The notes under the pieces: model-generated
The model's database searches: none
Told to the model about the DNA's origin: nothing
Seen by the model: only the letters and a program-made list of their open reading frames with translations
Shown: piece by piece, positions 54,201-64,000 of the stretch
How positions within the stretch are numbered: position 1 is the stretch's first letter
Layout of the letters: the number at the start of each line of letters is the position of its first letter
Assembly (NCBI GenBank): GCA_964057225.1
Contig: OZ059896.1
Span: forward strand, 5,704,001-5,768,000
Source of the DNA: Auanema rhodensis
Lineage: Eukaryota > Animalia > Nematoda
Length of the DNA stretch: 64,000 nt
Direction of reading: 5' to 3'
Made by a program: the position numbers and the translations under genes

Positions 54201-57200
54201 TACGTGAACTTTAATTTATGCTAATTAAATGTACACGTGATGTGCACTTGGTATGTAACTCGCTTCACGTGAAAGATAAAGAGATGCGGTTTTCAAAATT
54301 AGATTTCCCATGTCCATATTAGTCTAAAAACAAATTTTTATTGATATTGGTGCATGGTAACCATGACTTTGAAATTTACGTGAACTTTAATTTATGCTAA
54401 TTAAATGTACACGTGATGTGCACTTGGTATGTAACTCGCTTCATGTGAAAGATAAAGAGATGCGGTTTTCAAAATTAGATTCCCCATGTCCATATTAGTC
54501 TAAAAACAAATTGTTATTGATGTTGGTGCATGGTAACCATGACTTTGAAATTTACGTGAACTTTAATTTATGCTAATTAAATGTACACGTGATGTGCACT
54601 TGGTATGTAACTCGCTTCACGTGAAAGATAAAGAGATGCGGTTTTCACAATTAGATTCCCCATGTCAATATTAGTCTAAAAACAAATTTTTATTGATATT
54701 GGTGCAGGTTAACCATGACTTTGAAATTTACGTGAACTTTAATTTATGCTAATTAAATGTACACGTGATGTGCACTTGGTATGTAACTCGCTTCACGTGA
54801 AAGATAAAGAGATGCGGTTTTCAAAATTAAATTTCCCATGTCCATATTAGTCTAAAAACAAATTGTTATTGATGTTGGTGCATGGTAACCATGACTTTGA
54901 AATTTACGTGAACTTTAATTTATGCTAATTAAATGTACACGTGATGTGCACTTGGTATGTAACTCGCTTCACGTGAAAGATAAAGAGATGCGGTTTTCAA
55001 AATTAAATTTCCCATGTCCATATTAGTCTAAAAACAAATTGTTATTGATGTTGGTGCATGGTAACCATGACTTTGAAATTTACGTGAACTTTAATTTATG
55101 CTAATTAAATGTACACGTGATGTGCACTTGGTATGTAACTCGCTTCACGTGAAAGATAAAGAGATGCGGTTTTCAAAATTAAATTTCCCATGTCCATATT
55201 AGTCTAAAAACAAATTTTTATTGATATTGGTGCAGGGTAACCATGACTTTGAAATTTACGTGAACTTTAATTTATGCTAATTAAATGTACACGTGATGTG
55301 CACTTGGTATGTAACTCGCTTCACGTGAAAGATAAAGAGATGCGGTTTTCAAAATTAGATTCCCCATGTCCATATTAGTCTAAAAACAAATTTTTATTGA
55401 TATTGGTTCATGGTAACCATGACTTTGAAATTTACGTGAACTTTAATTTATGCTAATTAAATGTACACGTGATGTGCACTTGGTATGTAACTCGCTTCAC
55501 GTGAAAGATAAAGAGATGCGGTTTTCAAAATTAAATTTCCCATGTCCATATTAGTCTAAAAACAAATTGTTATTGATGTTGGTGCATGGTAACCATGACT
55601 TTGAAATTTACGTAAACTTTAATTTATGCTAATTAAATGTACACGTGATGTGCACTTGGTATGTAACTCGCTTCACGTGAAAGATAAAGAGATGCGGTTT
55701 TCAAAATTAGATTCCCCATGTCAATATTAGTCTAAAAACAAATTTTTATTGATATTGGTGCAGGGTAACCATGACTTTGAAATTTACGTGAACTTTAATT
55801 TATGCTAATTAAATGTACACGTGATGTGCACTTGGTATGTAACTCGCTTCACGTGAAAGATAAAGAGATGCGGTTTTCAAAATTAAATTTCCCATGTCCA
55901 TATTAGTCTAAAAACAAATTTTTATTGACATTGGTTCATGGTAACCATGACTTTGAAATTTACGTGAACTTTAATTAATGCTAATTAAATGTACACGTGA
56001 TGTGCACTTGGTATGTAACTCGCTTCACGTGAAAGATAAAGAGATGCGGTTTTCAAAATTAGATTCCCCATGTCAATATTAGTCTAAAAACAAATTTTTA
56101 TTGATATTGGTGCATGGTAACCATGACTTTGAAATTTACGTGAACTTTAATTTATGCTAATTAAATGTACACGTGATGTGCACTTGGTATGTAACTCGCT
56201 TCATGTGAAAGATAAAGAGATGCGGTTTTCAAAATTAGATTCCCCATGTCCATATTAGTCTAAAAACAAATTGTTATTGATGTTGGTGCATGGTAACCAT
56301 GACTTTGAAATTTACGTGAACTTTAATTTATGCTAATTAAATGTACACGTGATGTGCACTTGGTATGTAACTCGCTTCACGTGAAAGATAAAGAGATGCG
56401 GTTTTCAAAATTAGATTCCCCATGTCAATATTAGTCTAAAAACAAATTTTTATTGATATTGGTGCATGGTAACCATGACTTTGAAATTTACGTGAACTTT
56501 AATTTATGCTAATTAAATGTACACGTGATGTGCACTTGGTATGTAACTCGCTTCATGTGAAAGATAAAGAGATGCGGTTTTCAAAATTAGATTCCCCATG
56601 TCCATATTAGTCTAAAAACAAATTGTTATTGATGTTGGTGCATGGTAACCATGACTTTGAAATTTACGTGAACTTTAATTTATGCTAATTAAATGTACAC
56701 GTGATGTGCACTTGGTATGTAACTCGCTTCACGTGAAAGATAAAGAGATGCGGTTTTCAAAATTAGATTCCCCATGTCAATATTAGTCTAAAAACAAATT
56801 TTTATTGATATTGGTGCAGGGTAACCATGACTTTGAAATTTACGTGAACTTTAATTTATGCTAATTAAATGTACACGTGATGTGCACTTGGTATGTAACT
56901 CGCTTCACGTGAAAGATAAAGAGATGCGGTTTTCAAAATTAAATTTCCCATGTCCATATTAGTCTAAAAACAAATTGTTATTGATGTTGGTGCATGGTAA
57001 CCATGACTTTGAAATTTACGTGAACTTTAATTTATGCTAATTAAATGTACACGTGATGTGCACTTGGTATGTAACTCGCTTCACGTGAAAGATAAAGAGA
57101 TGCGGTTTTCACAATTAGATTCCCCATGTCAATATTAGTCTAAAAACAAATTTTTATTGATATTGGTGCAGGTTAACCATGACTTTGAAATTTACGTGAA

Positions 57201-60200
57201 CTTTAATTTATGCTAATTAAATGTACACGTGATGTGCACTTGGTATGTAACTCGCTTCACGTGAAAGATAAAGAGATGCGGTTTTCAAAATTAAATTTCC
57301 CATGTCCATATTAGTCTAAAAACAAATTGTTATTGATGTTGGTGCATGGTAACCATGACTTTGAAATTTACGTGAACTTTAATTTATGCTAATTAAATGT
57401 ACACGTGATGGGCACTTGGTATGTAACTCGCTTCACGTGAAAGATAAAGAGATGCGGTTTTCAAAATTAGATTCCCCATGTCCATATTAGTCTAAAAACA
57501 AATTTTTATTGATATTGGTTCATGGTAACCATGACTTTGAAATTTACGTGAACTTTAATTTATGCTAATTAAATGTACACGTGATGTGCACTTGGTATGT
57601 AACTCGCTTCACGTGAAAGATAAAGAGATGCGGTTTTCACAATTAGATTCCCCATGTCAATATTAGTCTAAAAACAAATTTTTATTGATATTGGTGCAGG
57701 TTAACCATGACTTTGAAATTTACGTGAACTTTAATTTATGCTAATTAAATGTACACGTGATGTGCACTTGGTATGTAACTCGCTTCACGTGAAAGATAAA
57801 GAGATGCGGTTTTCAAAATTAAATTTCCCATGTCCATATTAGTCTAAAAACAAATTTTTATTGATATTGGTGCAGGGTAACCATGACTTTGAAATTTACG
57901 TGAACTTTAATTTATGCTAATTAAATGTACACGTGATGTGCACTTGGTATGTAACTCGCTTCACGTGAAAGATAAAGAGATGCGGTTTTCAAAATTAGAT
58001 TCCCCATGTCCATATTAGTCTAAAAACAAATTTTTATTGATATTGGTTCATGGTAACCATGACTTTGAAATTTACGTGAACTTTAATTTATGCTAATTAA
58101 ATGTACACGTGATGTGCACTTGGTATGTAACTCGCTTCACGTGAAAGATAAAGAGATGCGGTTTTCAAAATTAAATTTCCCATGTCCATATTAGTCTAAA
58201 AACAAATTGTTATTGATGTTGGTGCATGGTAACCATGACTTTGAAATTTACGTGAACTTTAATTTATGCTAATTAAATGTACACGTGATGTGCACTTGGT
58301 ATGTAACTCGCTTCACGTGAAAGATAAAGAGATGCGGTTTTCAAAATTAGATTCCCCATGTCAATATTAGTCTAAAAACAAATTTTTATTGATATTGGTG
58401 CAGGGTAACCATGACTTTGAAATTTACGTGAACTTTAATTTATGCTAATTAAATGTACACGTGATGTGCACTTGGTATGTAACTCGCTTCACGTGAAAGA
58501 TAAAGAGATGCGGTTTTCAAAATTAAATTTCCCATGTCCATATTAGTCTAAAAACAAATTTTTATTGACATTGGTTCATGGTAACCATGACTTTGAAATT
58601 TACGTGAACTTTAATTAATGCTAATTAAATGTACACGTGATGTGCACTTGGTATGTAACTCGCTTCACGTGAAAGATAAAGAGATGCGGTTTTCAAAATT
58701 AGATTCCCCATGTCAATATTAGTCTAAAAACAAATTTTTATTGATATTGGTGCATGGTAACCATGACTTTGAAATTTACGTGAACTTTAATTTATGCTAA
58801 TTAAATGTACACGTGATGTGCACTTGGTATGTAACTCGCTTCATGTGAAAGATAAAGAGATGCGGTTTTCAAAATTAGATTCCCCATGTCCATATTAGTC
58901 TAAAAACAAATTGTTATTGATGTTGGTGCATGGTAACCATGACTTTGAAATTTACGTGAACTTTAATTTATGCTAATTAAATGTACACGTGATGTGCACT
59001 TGGTATGTAACTCGCTTCACGTGAAAGATAAAGAGATGCGGTTTTCAAAATTAGATTCCCCATGTCAATATTAGTCTAAAAACAAATTTTTATTGATATT
59101 GGTGCATGGTAACCATGACTTTGAAATTTACGTGAACTTTAATTTATGCTAATTAAATGTACACGTGATGTGCACTTGGTATGTAACTCGCTTCATGTGA
59201 AAGATAAAGAGATGCGGTTTTCAAAATTAGATTCCCCATGTCCATATTAGTCTAAAAACAAATTGTTATTGATGTTGGTGCATGGTAACCATGACTTTGA
59301 AATTTACGTGAACTTTAATTTATGCTAATTAAATGTACACGTGATGTGCACTTGGTATGTAACTCGCTTCACGTGAAAGATAAAGAGATGCGGTTTTCAA
59401 AATTAGATTCCCCATGTCAATATTAGTCTAAAAACAAATTTTTATTGATATTGGTGCAGGGTAACCATGACTTTGAAATTTACGTGAACTTTAATTTATG
59501 CTAATTAAATGTACACGTGATGTGCACTTGGTATGTAACTCGCTTCACGTGAAAGATAAAGAGATACGTTTTTCAAAATTAAATTTCCCATGTCCATATT
59601 AGTCTAAAAACAAATTGTTATTGATGTTGGTGCATGGTAACCATGACTTTGAAATTTACGTGAACTTTAATTTATGCTAATTAAATGTACACGTGATGTG
59701 CACTTGGTATGTAACTCGCTTCACGTGAAAGATAAAGAGATGCGGTTTTCACAATTAGATTCCCCATGTCAATATTAGTCTAAAAACAAATTTTTATTGA
59801 TATTGGTGCAGGTTAACCATGACTTTGAAATTTACGTGAACTTTAATTTATGCTAATTAAATGTACACGTGATGTGCACTTGGTATGTAACTCGCTTCAC
59901 GTGAAAGATAAAGAGATGCGGTTTTCAAAATTAAATTTCCCATGTCCATATTAGTCTAAAAACAAATTGTTATTGATGTTGGTGCATGGTAACCATGACT
60001 TTGAAATTTACGTGAACTTTAATTTATGCTAATTAAATGTACACGTGATGTGCACTTGGTATGTAACTCGCTTCACGTGAAAGATAAAGAGATGCGGTTT
60101 TCAAAATTAGATTCCCCATGTCAATATTAGTCTAAAAACAAATTGTTATTGATGTTGGTGCATGGTAACCATGACTTTGAAATTTACGTGAACTTTAATT

Positions 60201-63200
60201 TATGCTAATTAAATGTACACGTGATGTGCACTTGGTATGTAACTCGCTTCACGTGAAAGATAAAGAGATGCGGTTTTCAAAATTAGATTCCCCATGTCAA
60301 TATTAGTCTAAAAACAAATTTTTATTGATATTGGTGCAGGGTAACCATGACTTTGAAATTTACGTGAACTTTAATTTATGCTAATTAAATGTACACGTGA
60401 TGTGCACTTGGTATGTAACTCGCTTCACGTGAAAGATAAAGAGATGCGGTTTTCAAAATTAAATTTCCCATGTCCATATTAGTCTAAAAACAAATTTTTA
60501 TTGACATTGGTTCATGGTAACCATGACTTTGAAATTTACGTGAACTTTAATTAATGCTAATTAAATGTACACGTGATGTGCACTTGGTATGTAACTCGCT
60601 TCACGTGAAAGATAAAGAGATGCGGTTTTCAAAATTAGATTCCCCATGTCAATATTAGTCTAAAAACAAATTTTTATTGATATTGGTGCATGGTAACCAT
60701 GACTTTGAAATTTACGTGAACTTTAATTTATGCTAATTAAATGTACACGTGATGTGCACTTGGTATGTAACTCGCTTCATGTGAAAGATAAAGAGATGCG
60801 GTTTTCAAAATTAGATTCCCCATGTCCATATTAGTCTAAAAACAAATTGTTATTGATGTTGGTGCATGGTAACCATGACTTTGAAATTTACGTGAACTTT
60901 AATTTATGCTAATTAAATGTACACGTGATGTGCACTTGGTATGTAACTCGCTTCACGTGAAAGATAAAGAGATGCGGTTTTCAAAATTAGATTCCCCATG
61001 TCAATATTAGTCTAAAAACAAATTTTTATTGATATTGGTGCAGGGTAACCATGACTTTGAAATTTACGTGAACTTTAATTTATGCTAATTAAATGTACAC
61101 GTGATGTGCACTTGGTATGTAACTCGCTTCACGTGAAAGATAAAGAGATGCGGTTTTCAAAATTAAATTTCCCATGTCCATATTAGTCTAAAAACAAATT
61201 GTTATTGATGTTGGTGCATGGTAACCATGACTTTGAAATTTACGTGAACTTTAATTTATGCTAATTAAATGTACACGTGATGTGCACTTGGTATGTAACT
61301 CGCTTCACGTGAAAGATAAAGAGATGCGGTTTTCAAAATTAGATTCCCCATGTCAATATTAGTCTAAAAACAAATTTTTATTGATATTGGTGCAGGGTAA
61401 CCATGACTTTGAAATTTACGTGAACTTTAATTTATGCTAATTAAATGTACACGTGATGTGCACTTGGTATGTAACTCGCTTCACGTGAAAGATAAAGAGA
61501 TGCGGTTTTCAAAATTAGATTCCCCATGTCAATATTAGTCTAAAAACAAATTTTTATTGAGATTGGTGCATGGTAACCATGACTTTGAAATTTACGTGAA
61601 CTTTAATTTATGCTAATTAAATGTACACGTGATGTGCACTTGGTATGTAACTCGCTTCACGTGAAAGATAAAGAGATGCGGTTTTCAAAATTAGATTTCC
61701 CATGTCCATATTAGTCTAAAAACAAATTTTTATTGATATTGGTGCATGGTAACCATGACTTTGAAATTTACGTGAACTTTAATTTATGCTAATTAAATTT
61801 ACACGTGATGTGCACTTGGTATGTAACTCGCTTCATGTGAAAGATAAAGAGATGCGGTTTTCAAAATTAGATTCCCCATGTCCATATTAGTCTAAAAACA
61901 AATTGTTATTGATGTTGGTGCATGGTAACCATGACTTTGAAATTTACGTGAACTTTAATTTATGCTAATTAAATGTACACGTGATGTGCACTTGGTATGT
62001 AACTCGCTTCACGTGAAAGATAAAGAGATGCGGTTTTCAAAATTAGATTCCCCATGTCAATATTAGTCTAAAAACAAATTTTTATTGATATTGGTGCAGG
62101 GTAACCATGACTTTGAAATTTACGTGAACTTTAATTTATGCTAATTAAATGTACACGTGATGTGCACTTGGTATGTAACTCGCTTCACGTGAAAGATAAA
62201 GAGATGCGGTTTTCAAAATTAGATTTCCCATGTCCATATTAGTCTAAAAACAAATTTTTATTGATATTGGTGCATGGTAACCATGACTTTGAAATTTACG
62301 TGAACTTTAATTTATGCTAATTAAATGTACACGTGATGTGCACTTGGTATGTAACTCGCTTCACGTGAAAGATAAAGAGATGCGGTTTTCAAAATTAGAT
62401 TCCCCATGTCCATGTTAGTCTAAAAACAAATTTTTATTGATATTGGTTCATGGTAACCATGACTTTGAAATTTACGTGAACTTTAATTTATGCTAATTAA
62501 ATGTACACGTGATGTGCACTTGGTATGTAACTCGCTTCACGTGAAAAATAAAGAGATGCGGTTTTCAAAATTAGATTTCCCATGTCAATATTAGTCTAAA
62601 AACAAATTTTTATTGATATTGGTGCAGGGTAACCATGACTTTGAAATTTACGTGAACTTTAATTTATGCTAATTAAATGTACACGTGATGTGCACTTGGT
62701 ATGTAACTCGCTTCACGTGAAAGATAAAGAGATGCGGTTTTCAAAATTAGATTTCCCATGTCCATATTAGTCTAAAAACAAATTTTTATTGATATTGGTG
62801 CATGGTAACCATGACTTTGAAATTTACGTGAACTTTAATTTATGCTAATTAAATGTACACGTGATGTGCACTTGGTATGTAACTCGCTTCACGTGAAAGA
62901 TAAAGAGATGCGGTTTTCAAAATTAGATTCCCCATGTCCATATTAGTCTAAAAACAAATTTTTATTGATATTGGTGCATGGTAACCATGACTTTGAAATT
63001 TACGTGAACTTTAATTTATGCTAATTAAATGTACACGTGATGTGCACTTGGTATGTAACTCGCTTCACGTGAAAGATAAAGAGATGCGGTTTTCAAAATT
63101 AGATTTCCCATGTCCATATTAGTCTAAAAACAAATTTTTATTGATATTGGTGCATGGTAACCATGACTTTGAAATTTACGTGAACTTTAATTTATGCTAA

Positions 63201-64000
63201 TTAAATGTACACGTGATGTGCACTTGGTATGTAACTCGCTTCATGTGAAAGATAAAGAGATGCGGTTTTCAAAATTAGATTCCCCATGTCCATATTAGTC
63301 TAAAAACAAATTGTTATTGATGTTGGTGCATGGTAACCATGACTTTGAAATTTACGTGAACTTTAATTTATGCTAATTAAATGTACACGTGATGTGCACT
63401 TGGTATGTAACTCGCTTCACGTGAAGGATAAAGAGATGCGGTTTTCAAAATTAGATTCCCCATGTCAATATTAGTCTAAAAACAAATTTTTATTGATATT
63501 GGTGCAGGGTAACCATGACTTTGAAATTTACGTGAACTTTAATTTATGCTAATTAAATGTACACGTGATGTGCACTTGGTATGTAACTCGCTTCACGTTA
63601 AAGATAAAGAGATGCGGTTTTCAAAATTAAATTTCCCATGTCCATATTAGTCTAAAAACAAATTTTTATTGACATTGGTTCATGGTAACCATGACTTTGA
63701 AATTTACGTGAACTTTAATTAATGCTAATTAAATGTACACGTGATGTGCACTTGGTATGTAACTCGCTTCACGTGAAAGATAAAGAGATGCGGTTTTCAA
63801 AATTAGATTCCCCATGTCAATATTAGTCTAAAAACAAATTTTTATTGATATTGGTGCAGGGTAACCATGACTTTGAAATTTACGTGAACTTTAATTTATG
63901 CTAATTAAATGTACACGTGATGTGCACTTGGTATGTAACTCGCTTCACGTGAAAGATAAAGAGATGCGGTTTTCAAAATTAGATTTCCCATGTCCATATT
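48233..64000 (+). repeat. Satellite B, main array: 176-bp monomer, about 89.6 copies (continues beyond window end)
   Basis: The same phase (TTAAATGTAC) falls at 48241, 50881, 53521, 56161, 58801 and 61441, each 2640 = 15x176 apart, so there is no net indel between these points. About 32% GC. Confidence 0.99.
55141..60100 (+). repeat. 15-monomer (2640 bp) duplication in satellite B
   Basis: The rare allele TATTGACA occurs at 55929 and 58569, and TTTCACAATT at 57112 and 59752. The allele order from about 55141-57400 is repeated at about 57781-60040. Boundaries are approximate. Confidence 0.8.

Noticed and set aside
54042-54224. 60-aa ORF in satellite B
   Set aside because: A single TAG-to-CAG change in one of about 97 monomers opens it. 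It spans exactly one monomer.
1-64000. CRISPR array or other repeat-spacer system
   Set aside because: Units are near-identical over their full length, with no unique spacers, leader or cas genes.
1-64000. Assignment to a named satellite family by monomer length
   Set aside because: Length similarity alone is not evidence, and I do not recognise either sequence. A BLASTN or Dfam search is needed.

Overview
The window contains no credible gene. It is entirely tandem satellite DNA from two AT-rich families (about 31-32% GC by hand count), most likely (peri)centromeric or other heterochromatin of a eukaryote; the organism is not identified. Layout: satellite A (351-bp monomer) on +, 1-41703, about 118.8 copies; 11-bp filler, 41704-41714; satellite B (176-bp monomer), 7 copies plus 8 bp, 41715-42954; an inverted block of exactly 15 satellite-A monomers of a divergent subfamily, about 42953-48169; 3-bp filler and a 61-bp inverted piece of B, 48173-48233; satellite B again, 48233-64000, about 89.6 copies. 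The most notable structure is the A/B boundary. The inverted A block starts and ends at the same monomer phase and sits in a B array that rejoins perfectly if the insert is removed. All B breakpoints fall in one 16-bp motif (CTTTAATTTATGCTAA), and two junctions carry locally templated filler. This fits integration of a unit-length (possibly circular) satellite DNA by synthesis-dependent end joining, which is inference. Both arrays show local higher-order repeats, strict length conservation and many short dyad symmetries. All ORFs in the track are by-products of monomer SNPs.
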